Below, piece after piece: positions 16,802-26,894 of a stretch of DNA of 64,000 nucleotides (position 1 is the stretch's first letter; every line of letters starts with the position of its first letter). Source of the DNA: an uncultured bacterium (GTDB lineage: Bacteria; Planctomycetota; Phycisphaerae; Phycisphaerales; SM1A02). The notes under the pieces are model-generated. The model ran no database searches. It had not been told where the DNA came from and saw only the letters and a list, made by a program, of their open reading frames with translations. The position numbers and the translations under genes were made by a program. The DNA lies in assembly GCA_903919715.1 (NCBI GenBank), contig CAIXJC010000075.1, positions 34,363 through 98,362 of the forward strand, in the 5' to 3' direction.

Positions 16802-17772
16802 GACGTGATCGTATCGCTTCGTCGAAAACTTCGTGCCCAACCGATTCCGATCGCAACCCCAGTCAGCGATCCCGCCACGACATCCATCGGCATCAACCTT
16901 AATTCTGGAGAAATTGCATTTGCCGCAAAGAGCACGCCGAGGTCACCCGTCATTCGACTCGACACAAAAAGTTGGTATGCGCCGGTCAACAAGATTGGCG
17001 AAATGAAAGCGAAGACCGGCTGAATGGTCGGCGCAAAGAGTCGAAAGGCGATTCCAACGGCCACGCCGCCCAGGCATGCGCCACCGAATGCTTGACCTTT
17101 AAGCATTGTTCGGACAACGAGCCATGCGACCAGTGGAAGGAGTACGCCAACGATTCCCGAGCGGAGCGCTTCGACGTCAAAATATTCCCGCCACATCGAC
17201 TCGCCCGGATAGCGCGGGGCGATATCAGGGGGTGACCCTGAAAAGCGGAAGACGAGTACGACAGCAAGTGCCGATGGCAAAGTCCAAACCCATGTCTCGA
17301 CTGCGAGCGATGCAAGTGATGCGCCACTAAAAATTGCCACCGAAATCGCTGAGCTTGTCAAAGTCAACCCCGTAAGTCCGGCACCCAAGACGAAGACTCC
17401 AACCACTGCATTGACGAGTCGGCCAGCAACCATCGCCAAGATGGTCAACAAAACCATGAGCGCACCAAAAGTAATGATTGCGCTTGATTTCGATATCGCA
17501 AGCGTGACGCAACCTGCAGGTTCGCCGCACGCATCGATCATTCGACTCGAAGCCGTCATTCCCAGCCAGAGTGCGCCAACGATCGTGAACGTCAACACAA
17601 GTCCACGCAGCCACGTTCGTTCCATCGAACCAGTCGCAGCATCGGATGTGGGCGAATTTGCCGAAGAGGTGGTCATGATGTGTGTTGTATCCGCACGCTC
17701 GTCACTGCGCATTGTCGAAGTATCCTCGGCGCCGTGCCAAACACTCCCCCGCCAGTCGTGCTTGATGGACAA
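16798..17772 (-). CDS. hypothetical polytopic integral membrane protein
   Basis: About 9 hydrophobic helices, no family recognised. Start uncertain: the first TM follows MERTW (17625), and other ATGs are at 17676 and 17712. The maximal ORF overlaps the maximal hutH ORF. Confidence 0.6.
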   Translation of the reverse strand: MSIKHDWRGSVWHGAEDTSTMRSDERADTTHIMTTSSANSPTSDAATGSMERTWLRGLVLTFTIVGALWLGMTASSRMIDACGEPAGCVTLAISKSSAIITFGALMVLLTILAMVAGRLVNAVVGVFVLGAGLTGLTLTSSAISVAIFSGASLASLAVETWVWTLPSALAVVLVFRFSGSPPDIAPRYPGESMWREYFDVEALRSGIVGVLLPLVAWLVVRTMLKGQAFGGACLGGVAVGIAFRLFAPTIQPVFAFISPILLTGAYQLFVSSRMTGDLGVLFAANAISPELRLMPMDVVAGSLTGVAIGIGWARSFRRSDTITS

Positions 17773-19278
17773 ACTCTTTCAATAGATGCCGTGTACGACA
17801 TCGCTCGCCGTGGCGCACGGGTGGAATTGAGCGTGGACAGTCGACGGCGGATGACGGAGGCACGAAACGGGATGCTCGAACGCGCTTCAACGGGTGAGCC
17901 GCTCTATGGGATCAATACGGGGTTTGGAAGTTTCGCCCACGTGAAATTGCCCGCAAATCAACTTGCGGAACTTCAAACCAACCTCATTCGTTCGCACGCA
18001 GCAGGAGTTGGCGCACCGCTGGATTCTTCTGACGTTCGTGCGATGATGCTCGTGCTCGCAGCAAGTCTGGCACGAGGGGTTTCGGGTGTGCGTCCTGAGT
18101 TGGTCGATTCGATCATGGCGCACCTGAATCACGGCGCGACGCCGATTGTTCCATCGCGTGGTTCAGTCGGAGCCTCGGGGGATCTCGCCCCGCTCGCTCA
18201 TGTTGCACAGGGACTGATCGGCGAAGGACCGATGAACTTCCGTGGACGCGTGATAAGTGCGAAAGAAGCCCATCAGGCTGCAGGCATCACGCCGATTCGT
18301 CTGGCAGAAAAAGAAGGCCTTGCGTTGATCAACGGCACGCATTTGATGGCTGCGCTTGGAGCTCTGGCAGTTCGTGATGCGGGCAATCTCATGGACGCCG
18401 CGATCGTCGCTACTGCGATGGCGATCGACGGATGTCGCGCGGCGTCGTCGGTCTTTGATAACCGAATCCATCTTGCGCGCAATCAATCTGGGCAAATTTG
18501 GATTGCGTCTGCATTACGGCATCTCCTGGAGAATTCACAGATCGGTCCTGCGCATGCAACGAACGATCCGCGCGTCCAAGATCCTTATTCACTCCGTGCA
18601 TCTGCACAGGTTCTTGGAGCGGTCTTCGATGCGATGCAGTCAACAAAGCGAACCATTGAAAATGAACTTGGTGCGGTCACTGACAATCCGCTCGTATTCA
18701 AAGGCAATCACGGTTGGGACGTCGTGTCTGGAGCGAACTTCCATGGCATGCCTCTTGCGATTTCGCTGGATGTCCTGCGCATTGCACTGTGCCATCTTGC
18801 TGGAATTGCCGAACGCCGCATCTACTGGGCGCTTGCAAGTCACGACAAGGAAAACAAACTTCCGGCGCACTTGTCAGCACAACCTGGAATGCGAAGTGGA
18901 CACATGATCGTTCAATATGCGGCCGCAGCGTGTTGCAACGAACTGAGAACTCTGGCGTATCCATCGAGCGTCGGGAATATTTCAACTTGCGCTGGCATCG
19001 AGGATTACAACAGCATGGGTGCAACAAGTGCGCTGCATACGCGTGACTCGATTCAACTCGCTCGTGATGTTGTCGCATCCGAATTACTCGTGATGGCAGA
19101 GGCGATCGAATATCAACGGCCGCTGGCGAGCGGCGCCGGCGTCGAGCAAGCGCACCGTGCAATCCGAACGGTTGTGGCTCGACTGACGAACGACCGTTCA
19201 CCTTCCCCTGATATTGCGGCGATATCCACCTTGATTGCTGAAGGAACATTTTCTTTCGCACTGCGCAACCTCGCATAA
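17680..19278 (+). CDS. hutH: histidine ammonia-lyase
   Basis: [14 protein letters not shown] (Ala-Ser-Gly MIO triad), [15 protein letters not shown]. In-frame GTG starts at 17734 or 17758 ([12 protein letters not shown]) are plausible alternatives to 17680. Confidence 0.95.
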   Translation: MCCIRTLVTAHCRSILGAVPNTPPPVVLDGQTLSIDAVYDIARRGARVELSVDSRRRMTEARNGMLERASTGEPLYGINTGFGSFAHVKLPANQLAELQTNLIRSHAAGVGAPLDSSDVRAMMLVLAASLARGVSGVRPELVDSIMAHLNHGATPIVPSRGSVGASGDLAPLAHVAQGLIGEGPMNFRGRVISAKEAHQAAGITPIRLAEKEGLALINGTHLMAALGALAVRDAGNLMDAAIVATAMAIDGCRAASSVFDNRIHLARNQSGQIWIASALRHLLENSQIGPAHATNDPRVQDPYSLRASAQVLGAVFDAMQSTKRTIENELGAVTDNPLVFKGNHGWDVVSGANFHGMPLAISLDVLRIALCHLAGIAERRIYWALASHDKENKLPAHLSAQPGMRSGHMIVQYAAAACCNELRTLAYPSSVGNISTCAGIEDYNSMGATSALHTRDSIQLARDVVASELLVMAEAIEYQRPLASGAGVEQAHRAIRTVVARLTNDRSPSPDIAAISTLIAEGTFSFALRNLA

Positions 19279-19288
19279 ACTCAAAACC

Positions 19289-20965
19289 ATGACCTCCCTC
19301 CCGATGACCGGATCCGACCGCATCGTGCGTGCGCCGCGCGGAACGACGATGACCTGCAAGACGTGGGCCGCCGAAGCTGCGATGCGGATGCTGATGAATA
19401 ATCTCGATCCCGAAGTCGCGGAGCGACCGCAGGACCTCATTGTGTATGGAGGACGTGGTCAAGCGGCGCGCTCTTGGGAAGCTTTCGATGCGATCGTGGC
19501 GAGTTTGCGTTCGCTTGGAACTGATGAGACGCTCTTAGTGCAGAGCGGTAAACCTGTCGGCATCGTGCGTACACATATTGATGCACCGCGAGTGCTGATT
19601 GCCAATTCCAATTTGGTACCGCACTGGGCGACCCAGTCCCACTTCGATGATCTTGCTGCACGTGGCCTCATCATGTTTGGACAGATGACTGCGGGAAGTT
19701 GGATCTATATCGGAACGCAAGGAATCCTGCAGGGAACGTACGAAACGTACGCCGAATGCGCTCGCCAACATTTCGGTGCTTCACTTCGTGGAACGCTCAA
19801 TGTCACTGCGGGATGTGGCGGAATGGGTGGAGCGCAGCCACTTGCCATCACGATGAATGAAGGAACATGTTTGATCGCTGACGTCTGCCGCGAACGATTG
19901 AAAAAGCGCGTGCACGATCGATATCTCGACGAGATTCACGAAGATCTCGATACCGCAATCACGCGAGCAGTAGAACTCGCCCGAGATCGCAAGGCTGTCA
20001 GCGTTGGAGTTGTTGCCAATGCCGTTGACTTGCTCGAAAGATTGAAGCAGCGCAACATTGTTCCAGACACACTGACCGATCAAACAAGTGCGCATGATCC
20101 ACTCGAAGGTTACTACCCAGACGGACTCACTCGCGAAGCCGCGGATACTTTGCGTTGCGATAATCCTGCCGAATACACGAAGCGATCAATGGCATCGATG
20201 GATCAACATGTTCGACTGATGGTCGAGTTCAAAAACAAAGGCACGAAAGTTTTTGATTATGGAAACAACATTCGTCAGCGTGCACTCGACCACGGATACG
20301 CCGATGCATTCTCGTTCCCAGGCTTTGTTCCTGCATACATTCGCCCACAATTTTGCGTGGGTCGCGGTCCATTTCGGTGGGTCGCACTTTCTGGAGATCC
20401 CGCTGACATTCGAGCGACCGACGAAGCGATCTTGGCGCTTTTCCCCGCTGATAAACCGCTTCATCGATGGATTCGTGCTGCGCAGGATCGCGTCGCCTTC
20501 CAAGGTCTTCCAGCACGCATCTGCTGGCTTGGCTTGGGCGAGCGACACCGCGCAGGCTTGCGATTCAATGAGATGGTCGCAAGCGGCGAAGTGAAAGCGC
20601 CCATCGTGATAGGTCGCGATCATTTGGACTGCGGATCCGTTGCGAGTCCCAACCGAGAGACTGAAGGAATGATGGACGGGAGCGATGCGATCAGCGACTG
20701 GGCGCTACTCAACTTTGCAGTCAACATCGCCAGCGGCGCATCATGGACAAGTTTTCATCACGGTGGCGGAGTCGGAATCGGATTCAGTCAGCACGCTGGA
20801 CAGGTCACGGTCGCAGACGGAACACCTGAAGCGGCGAAACGATTAGAGCGCGTGCTGACGAATGATCCAATGATGGGAGTCTTCCGTCATGCCGATGCTG
20901 GGTATGAACTTGCGCAGCAGTGCGCTGATCAACTTGGCGTCCCGATTCCAATGCGTAACTGGTAA
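19289..20965 (+). CDS. hutU: urocanate hydratase
   Basis: ATG lies 10 nt after the hutH stop. N-terminus [45 protein letters not shown] and overall length are typical of urocanase. Confidence 0.95.
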   Translation: MTSLPMTGSDRIVRAPRGTTMTCKTWAAEAAMRMLMNNLDPEVAERPQDLIVYGGRGQAARSWEAFDAIVASLRSLGTDETLLVQSGKPVGIVRTHIDAPRVLIANSNLVPHWATQSHFDDLAARGLIMFGQMTAGSWIYIGTQGILQGTYETYAECARQHFGASLRGTLNVTAGCGGMGGAQPLAITMNEGTCLIADVCRERLKKRVHDRYLDEIHEDLDTAITRAVELARDRKAVSVGVVANAVDLLERLKQRNIVPDTLTDQTSAHDPLEGYYPDGLTREAADTLRCDNPAEYTKRSMASMDQHVRLMVEFKNKGTKVFDYGNNIRQRALDHGYADAFSFPGFVPAYIRPQFCVGRGPFRWVALSGDPADIRATDEAILALFPADKPLHRWIRAAQDRVAFQGLPARICWLGLGERHRAGLRFNEMVASGEVKAPIVIGRDHLDCGSVASPNRETEGMMDGSDAISDWALLNFAVNIASGASWTSFHHGGGVGIGFSQHAGQVTVADGTPEAAKRLERVLTNDPMMGVFRHADAGYELAQQCADQLGVPIPMRNW

Positions 20966-20989
20966 CTCCAGCGTGGCCCCCAAGACTGT

Positions 20990-21955
20990 TCACATCGTCG
21001 TCGCGCGACGGAGTCGATCGTGAATCGCCGACCACAGTCCATGCTGGCTCAGCGGTCGTTCAATCACAATGCGTTCACATCCTGATTCATCAGCTCGCCG
21101 AAGAGCGTCATACATTCCAGCGGCATAACCGTCTGAATCTTGCGGCATTTCAAGCCGAACATGATTCGAAGGAACATCTGAGTTTGCAAAGCAAATGACC
21201 GCGGCTCGACCGCCGCTCGCCAAGTTCTGTGCGAGCGCTTCACGATCAACGATCGCTGCTGGGAGCTTCGGCGCGTAATGCCGAATCGAACTTCCGGGGC
21301 TCATGCTCTGTGCGACAGCCATATCGACTTCAATCGGACCGAGCAATTCCGACAATCGTTCAATCGTCACAGCACCAAGTCTGCGCACGACTGGCTTTGA
21401 CTCGGAAAGATCCACAACCGTCGATTCGATTCCAAGAGTGCATGGCCCGCCGTCGAGAACGATCAATTCCGACTGATCAGCATAATCCTGCGCGACGTGC
21501 TGCGCGGTCGTCGGCGAAACTCCACCGCTGCGATTTGCACTTGGAGCGCTGATCGCACCGCCGCAGGCGTACAGCAGACTGCGTGCGAGACGATGTCGCG
21601 GACTTCGCACCGCGATCGTGTCGTATCCCCCAGCTGCGATGGCGGGAACTTCGGGGCGCCTAGGAAGAATGATTGTCAATGGACCTGGCCAACATGCGCT
21701 GATGAGATTCATCGACCTTCTCGTCCAACCCGACGAAACTCGCTTTGCCGACGCGAGATCGATCACGTGGGCGATCAACGGATTTCCCATCGGGCGGCGC
21801 TTCAGCTCATAAATCTTCGCAATGGCATCTGGATTGAACGTATCTGCTCCCAAACCGTACACCGTCTCGGTCGCAAATGCGACGACGGATCCACTTCGTA
21901 ATTCAGCGGCAGCGAGGTCGATACTCGCATCGGAATAAGGGAGAATTGCTGCCAT
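20990..21955 (-). CDS. tsaC: L-threonylcarbamoyladenylate synthase (Sua5/YwlC type)
   Basis: YrdC-domain motif VVAFATETVYGLGAD plus a C-terminal Sua5 domain. 321 aa. Confidence 0.9.
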   Translation of the reverse strand: MAAILPYSDASIDLAAAELRSGSVVAFATETVYGLGADTFNPDAIAKIYELKRRPMGNPLIAHVIDLASAKRVSSGWTRRSMNLISACWPGPLTIILPRRPEVPAIAAGGYDTIAVRSPRHRLARSLLYACGGAISAPSANRSGGVSPTTAQHVAQDYADQSELIVLDGGPCTLGIESTVVDLSESKPVVRRLGAVTIERLSELLGPIEVDMAVAQSMSPGSSIRHYAPKLPAAIVDREALAQNLASGGRAAVICFANSDVPSNHVRLEMPQDSDGYAAGMYDALRRADESGCERIVIERPLSQHGLWSAIHDRLRRATTM

Positions 21956-21968
21956 GACTATCTGGAGA

Positions 21969-23792
21969 TTATCGAGGTGCTGACTCGCCCACTTCGATTT
22001 CGATTCGATTCATCGTCAAACCAGTTCCCATTGCGTTATAAAGTCGAGCCATCGCATTGCTGTAATTGACCTTTGAATCGACCTCAGCGAGATAGGAAGT
22101 TGCGAGTCGATCTTGTGCCTGAAATTTAGTCTGAAGGAATTCGGGTGTCAGAGCGGCCAAAGTCTGCTCGAGGACTGCAAGCGATCGAAGACTTTCGGCA
22201 GCAGCAAGCCGGCTCGCGCGCGACTGTTCGATCAATTCATAACTTGTCGTCACTCCGCGTAGAGATGTCTTGACGGCGAAGACAGCGTTCTCGATTGCGC
22301 TCTGATATGAAATCACCGCGGCAGATCGCTGCAGTCGCGCCCTTCGATATTCGGCTTCAGCCGCACGATTTCCGATCGGCTGACTGAACGCTAACTTTGC
22401 GAGCCATGAGACGTAATTCGCATCGGCGACTTCACTGAAAGCGCCAGTCATTGACCCGTCGGCACCACCGTCGGTGTCTTGTCCAGCAAGCGATACCCCA
22501 GCGAGCAATCCAAGTTGTGGCAGTCTCCCATTGTCGGCAACGATCATCCCGATCGCCGCATCGTCGATCCTCAGCACCGCGATTGCGATCGATGGATTTT
22601 GTTCGACCGCCGTTACAACCGCATCTCGGAGGTTGTATTTGATTGGCTGCTGAGAAAGATGGTCGATCGGAATCATGACCGAATCGGATCCAACTGATGC
22701 CTTGGGGTCGTTCATCAGCAGTTTCAATCGATCGCTTTCGTCGCGTGACTTCAACCATGCTCGAATCAGGTTCGCCTTGCGTTGCTCGACGATTGCGACC
22801 GCCAACGAATAATCTGCAACTGTTGCATCAAAGTTGAGACGCTTCTTCAGCACATCTCGAACATCAGATCCCACCTTCAACAACCACGCTGCTGCGACCA
22901 CCTGCTGTCGAGCCGAGACGACTGTCCAATACTGAATCTCGGTCTGCTGAACAATATTCAGCAATGTTTGACGAAGGTTGACGAGCGAGGCTCGGTCCCG
23001 ATTACGAGCGAGCCGAATTTGCGCTTCGTTGACATCGCTGCCAAATCCCTGCAGAAGTGGTTGGCTCAAGTTGAAATTGACGGAGTTCGTCCAGTAGTTC
23101 CCAGGGTCATAAATGCTCGCAGACTGCTGGGTGTAATTCATATTGACGCTTGCGCCAACGGTTCCACCAGAAATGAGCCGCTTCTGAATGCCCGTCGAAA
23201 GTGTCGTCTGGCTATTGTCGGGAGCGAAGGCGGTGTTCAATCCCCCAGGGATATTGATCGGTGGCGGCGGAGCACTATTCGTCTGATAGCCGGATCCTGC
23301 CAGCAAGACCGCATCAAAGGCTGCTTCAGCCTTGACGACATCGGTTTCGGCGACGGACTGTTCGATCCGAGCTTCTTGTACAGAGAGATTGTTCCGGACT
23401 GCGGCAGTGATCGCCGACTTGAGGCTCAATTGCACCTCTGGATCACTTCGACCCGAGATATCTGGCCCTAAATCAAGTCCGATTCCGCCATCAACCCCTT
23501 GCGGGCCGATTGCATCGAGTTCTGGAATCCTGCCTGCAAGTGCCTCAAATAGGCCATTTGGCGCGCTTTGAACCGTCCGAAGTTCCGCGCCATCCGATTG
23601 CGTCGCCCCCTTTGATGCACCTGAATATTGGGGAGCCGGGGAAGCACCTTGTCGCGCAACTGCGGCGTCGATCGCCTCCCGAAGTTGGGTCTCGCCAGAG
23701 CCCGAAGAGAGTGGAGCCTGACAGCCGACGAGCGACAGGAGCGAGATGAGCGAGATGAGCGATCCCGCGATCACTCCCGAAAAAAATTTCAA
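21969..23792 (-). CDS. TolC-family outer-membrane efflux lipoprotein
   Basis: Long two-repeat alpha/beta OEP-like sequence. I place the start at the in-frame TTG 23792 (aagag 6 nt upstream), which gives MKFFSGVIAGSLISLISLLSLVGC, a textbook lipobox. The track ORF (to 24101) would run across the divergent gene. Confidence 0.8.
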   Translation of the reverse strand: MKFFSGVIAGSLISLISLLSLVGCQAPLSSGSGETQLREAIDAAVARQGASPAPQYSGASKGATQSDGAELRTVQSAPNGLFEALAGRIPELDAIGPQGVDGGIGLDLGPDISGRSDPEVQLSLKSAITAAVRNNLSVQEARIEQSVAETDVVKAEAAFDAVLLAGSGYQTNSAPPPPINIPGGLNTAFAPDNSQTTLSTGIQKRLISGGTVGASVNMNYTQQSASIYDPGNYWTNSVNFNLSQPLLQGFGSDVNEAQIRLARNRDRASLVNLRQTLLNIVQQTEIQYWTVVSARQQVVAAAWLLKVGSDVRDVLKKRLNFDATVADYSLAVAIVEQRKANLIRAWLKSRDESDRLKLLMNDPKASVGSDSVMIPIDHLSQQPIKYNLRDAVVTAVEQNPSIAIAVLRIDDAAIGMIVADNGRLPQLGLLAGVSLAGQDTDGGADGSMTGAFSEVADANYVSWLAKLAFSQPIGNRAAEAEYRRARLQRSAAVISYQSAIENAVFAVKTSLRGVTTSYELIEQSRASRLAAAESLRSLAVLEQTLAALTPEFLQTKFQAQDRLATSYLAEVDSKVNYSNAMARLYNAMGTGLTMNRIEIEVGESAPR

Positions 23793-23837
23793 ATTCGACT
23801 CTTGCACGAGGGCGATAATACTCGATATAAGAGCATC

Positions 23838-25109
23838 ATGGACAGAGCAAGGATAGCCGGTCCCCTGGTCGCGTTCGCCTTTTTTGCCGCATTCGTAGCA
23901 CACACTGGAAGTGTGCATGCGCAGCAAGGTGCATCGTCTCCCGCGGAAACACAATCTTCGACATACTTCGCAACAGTGACGGCTGACAACGTCTATGTGC
24001 GCTCTGGGCCAAGCGTCCAGAGTTCGTATCCGTTTGGAAAGTTGAATCGAGGCGCAGTTGTTCGCGTCGCCGAGGAAAACTTCGGCTGGGCTCGCGTGCA
24101 AACTGCGGGCCGCGCATTTGCAGAGATCAATGGATTCGTTCCTCTTGATGAACGCATTCAGCTCTCCACCGATGGCACATCGATTACGGCAACGGCTGTC
24201 ACCGAATTGCGTGCGCCAAATATTGGCACGGAATCCACGCCAGATAGTTCTTGGAAGCAGATTGGTCGCATCGAAGCGGGTGCAACCCTGACTGTGGTCA
24301 ACCGCATCGACGGCGAGCGCGGATCAGTCTGGTGCGTTCGGCTTCCAGAAATGGGTGAAGGCTGGATCAATTCCAATTTCCTTCGGCGATCAACGACTGC
24401 CGAGGCCGCAGCGTTCGACAAGGCTGTTGTGGCTGAAGTCGTCGCAGAACTTACAACCGAAGGGGCGACAGCGAACCCAACCGAACCTGGAACAGTCGCT
24501 AGTGAAAGTATTGCGATCGAAACGAAACCCGCAAAGCCCACGAAGAGTCCTGAAAGAATCGCAGCTGATCTTCGCCGAACAACTTTCGCCGAACTTGAAG
24601 CAGCTTGGTTGAAAGTCAAAGGCCAATCAGTTGCGACTGCCGAAGTAGGAGCGCTCTACGCCCGCTATGTTGCGTTTTCAGTCGATGTCGCCAACGATCC
24701 ATCGCTGGCGTCACGCATCGCAGCACGCATTGCACAACTTGAAGTTCAACAAGAAGTCCAGAACAAGATTCTCGAACTGCAAGCAACCAAGGCTCGCCTC
24801 ACCGGCGAGTGCGATCAGATCAATGGCGTCGCAGTTGCGATCGAAGCTCGCAGCGAATACACAGCGGTCGGAGTACTGAACGCATCAATTATTTATGATG
24901 GCGTAAACCTGCCACTGCTCTTCCGTTTGCAAGATTCATCGACGGGTCAGACCGTGGCCTATGTTGTTCCAGGCGACGGCTTCCAACTTTCAACGATGCT
25001 GGGAACCCTCTTGGGGATCAAGGGAGAAAAGGCGTACGACGACTCGCTCAAGTTGGACACGATCACCCCGAAGACGATCGACTTCTTGTCACCGCATTCC
25101 GGCGGCTGA
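23838..25109 (+). CDS. secreted SH3b-like domain protein, function unknown
   Basis: Signal peptide MDRARIAGPLVAFAFFAAFVAHTGSVHA. Bacterial SH3-like segment ATVTADNVYVRSGPSVQSSYPFGKLNRGAVVRVAEENFGWARVQ with a second similar segment. Helical/coiled middle region. Confidence 0.6.
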   Translation: MDRARIAGPLVAFAFFAAFVAHTGSVHAQQGASSPAETQSSTYFATVTADNVYVRSGPSVQSSYPFGKLNRGAVVRVAEENFGWARVQTAGRAFAEINGFVPLDERIQLSTDGTSITATAVTELRAPNIGTESTPDSSWKQIGRIEAGATLTVVNRIDGERGSVWCVRLPEMGEGWINSNFLRRSTTAEAAAFDKAVVAEVVAELTTEGATANPTEPGTVASESIAIETKPAKPTKSPERIAADLRRTTFAELEAAWLKVKGQSVATAEVGALYARYVAFSVDVANDPSLASRIAARIAQLEVQQEVQNKILELQATKARLTGECDQINGVAVAIEARSEYTAVGVLNASIIYDGVNLPLLFRLQDSSTGQTVAYVVPGDGFQLSTMLGTLLGIKGEKAYDDSLKLDTITPKTIDFLSPHSGG

Positions 25110-25130
25110 GCGAAAACACTCGAATCCCAA

Positions 25131-25166
25131 GCGGTTCTTCGCGTTTCGCGAAGGACCGCTTTTTTT
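25131..25166 (+). terminator. intrinsic terminator
   Basis: 12-bp stem gcggttcttcgc/gcgaaggaccgc (one G-U pair) with a 5-nt loop, then T7. Confidence 0.75.
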
Positions 25167-25324
25167 ATTCCTCCCAGTGCACAAGACGCCATTTGAAATG
25201 TGGCGAGGGGAACGATGCGATCCCCATGGCCGGCGTGCCCCCCGCCATACGCCCCCGCTTGATGGGCACAACACCATCGGCAAATGTTCGTTACTATGGC
25301 GATGCCTAGTGATTTGTTTCCACT

Positions 25325-25397
25325 GGGGCGTTAGCTCAATTGGGAGAGCGCCGCCTTTGCAAGGCGGAGGTTATCGGTTCGACCCCGATACGCTCCA
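25325..25397 (+). tRNA. tRNA-Ala (anticodon TGC)
   Basis: GGGGCGT TA GCTC AATTGGGA GAGC G CCGCC TTTGCAA GGCGG AGGTT ATCGG TTCGACC CCGAT ACGCTCC A. 73 nt, with the G3:U70 Ala identity pair. CCA is not encoded. Confidence 0.9.
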
Positions 25398-25403
25398 TTT
25401 CGA

Positions 25404-25451
25404 CTCGCTCCGCGCAATTGTTCGCCGCAAGGTGGACTAGCGCGGAGCGAG
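25404..25451. repeat. perfect 12-bp inverted repeat (ctcgctccgcgc / gcgcggagcgag) with a 24-nt loop
   Basis: Lies between the convergent tRNA-Ala and rsmE genes. No U-tract on either side. Possibly a factor-dependent or bidirectional termination or processing structure. Confidence 0.4.
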
Positions 25452-25486
25452 ATCAGTGCGAGACCAGCGCGAAATCATTTGCGCAT

Positions 25487-26197
25487 TCATGCGAGGCGAA
25501 CATTCGCCAACACGCACGAGACAGCTAATTCAATTCGAAGTATTGCACTGCCAAGAGAAACTCTGCGCGCGCCGAGCGCTTCGGCCGCACTCAGTTCGCT
25601 CTCAGTGAATCCGCCTTCTGGGCCAATCAGAAAAGCCGTCGGCGAAGAGGTGCGACCCGCACTGCAAATTAATTCGCCGCCTGGATGTGCGATGAATACT
25701 TGCAATCCACGAGCAATGGCGTCACGCACTGCAACATCGGGAGCGGATGCTGCGGCGATTTGCGGCAACCACGACTGATGCGATTGTTTGCAGGACGAAA
25801 CGAGCACTCTGCGAGCGCGGGGTTCGTGCGAGACGGACCATTTCACCACGGAATGCGCACAGTCCAGCGGCGTCCAACGTGCAGCGCCGAGTGGACCGAT
25901 CGATTCGAGCAATGTTCCCAGCCGATCCCCTTTGGGGACCGCGCTCGCTATTTCGATTGACGGCGAAAGCGCAGGTTGCGCACGCAGCGCGTCGATCTCT
26001 GCATCAATTGAACCATCGCGATTTGCAATGCCCATCGATGCATCTGCGATGACTCCCCGTCCATCAAAGAGATGCATGCGATCACCTGTGCGCAAACGTC
26101 GACTTCCCGCCGCATGTTTCGCTTCATCCGCATCAATGCGGCAGGTTGACGGCGCACTCTGCGGCAATTGCGGCACAAATACCCAAGGAGCACTCAC
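25487..26197 (-). CDS. rsmE: 16S rRNA (uracil1498-N3)-methyltransferase
   Basis: C-terminal FLIGPEGGFTESELSAAEALGARRVSLGSAILRIE is the RsmE signature. I take the GTG start at 26197, which forms a GTGA overlap with the rsmJ stop. The track ORF extends to 26344, inside rsmJ. Confidence 0.85.
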   Translation of the reverse strand: MSAPWVFVPQLPQSAPSTCRIDADEAKHAAGSRRLRTGDRMHLFDGRGVIADASMGIANRDGSIDAEIDALRAQPALSPSIEIASAVPKGDRLGTLLESIGPLGAARWTPLDCAHSVVKWSVSHEPRARRVLVSSCKQSHQSWLPQIAAASAPDVAVRDAIARGLQVFIAHPGGELICSAGRTSSPTAFLIGPEGGFTESELSAAEALGARRVSLGSAILRIELAVSCVLANVRLA

Positions 26198-26871
26198 GAA
26201 TTCGCCTTTGGACGAAATGCTCGAAGGCTTGAGCCTTCTCGGACATACACGTCGTACCGAACAAGCTTGCTCTTGAAAACAACATCGGGCTCTGCGTAAA
26301 GAGGCTCTGCATGATGCGGCCGCTTCACGACGATTCGGTCCCACTTCGCAGCGACGGCGGCAAGAAAGAGCGCTGACGAATCCAGATCATCGCCAACCGC
26401 ATCGCGCACTAAGCGAATCGGCTTTGGTGCGAGCGCACTTCCTGGTTTGGGGGGATACATCGGATCAAGATAGATGGTCGCCCACGATTCGGACGATGAT
26501 TGCAAAACATCCCACGCATTTGCTTGACGAAGTTCAATTCTACTTGCGATTGCAAGTAATCGCGAATCTGCTTTCGCTCGATCAACGCCGTCACTGAGAA
26601 CACGAAAGACCAAAGGCGATCGTTCGACCGCTGTGACTGAAAAACCAGCCGCTGCGAGAATCCAACTATCACCGCCAAGTCCAGCGGTTGCGTCGAGCAA
26701 ACGTCCTCGGTCCCCACACGCGCGGACGAGCGGCTGCGAAGAGATTCCCCGCAGCGTGACGCGCCGAAAGTCAACGGAAGCACCGTGGCCGGCTTGCTCA
26801 CCGACGGCGATCAATTCCATCCGTCCATCCGGATCGACTTCCGCCGCAATTGTCTGTTTCGAACCACTCAT
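26194..26871 (-). CDS. rsmJ: 16S rRNA (guanine1516-N2)-methyltransferase, RsmJ/YhiQ family
   Basis: LLDATAGLGGDSWILAAAGFSVTAVERSPLVFRVLSDGVDRA...IYLDPMYPPK...RIVVKRP matches the RsmJ motifs (DATAGLGRD, YLDPMFP, VVVKRP). Confidence 0.8.
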   Translation of the reverse strand: MSGSKQTIAAEVDPDGRMELIAVGEQAGHGASVDFRRVTLRGISSQPLVRACGDRGRLLDATAGLGGDSWILAAAGFSVTAVERSPLVFRVLSDGVDRAKADSRLLAIASRIELRQANAWDVLQSSSESWATIYLDPMYPPKPGSALAPKPIRLVRDAVGDDLDSSALFLAAVAAKWDRIVVKRPHHAEPLYAEPDVVFKSKLVRYDVYVREGSSLRAFRPKANS

Positions 26872-26894
26872 GGCAGGAGTATTACACTCGACGG

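Noticed and set aside
23793-24101. N-terminal 103-aa extension of the TolC-family ORF
   Set aside because: It would overlap the divergent SH3b-like gene and is Cys/Arg-rich. An in-frame TTG at 23792 yields a perfect lipoprotein signal peptide.
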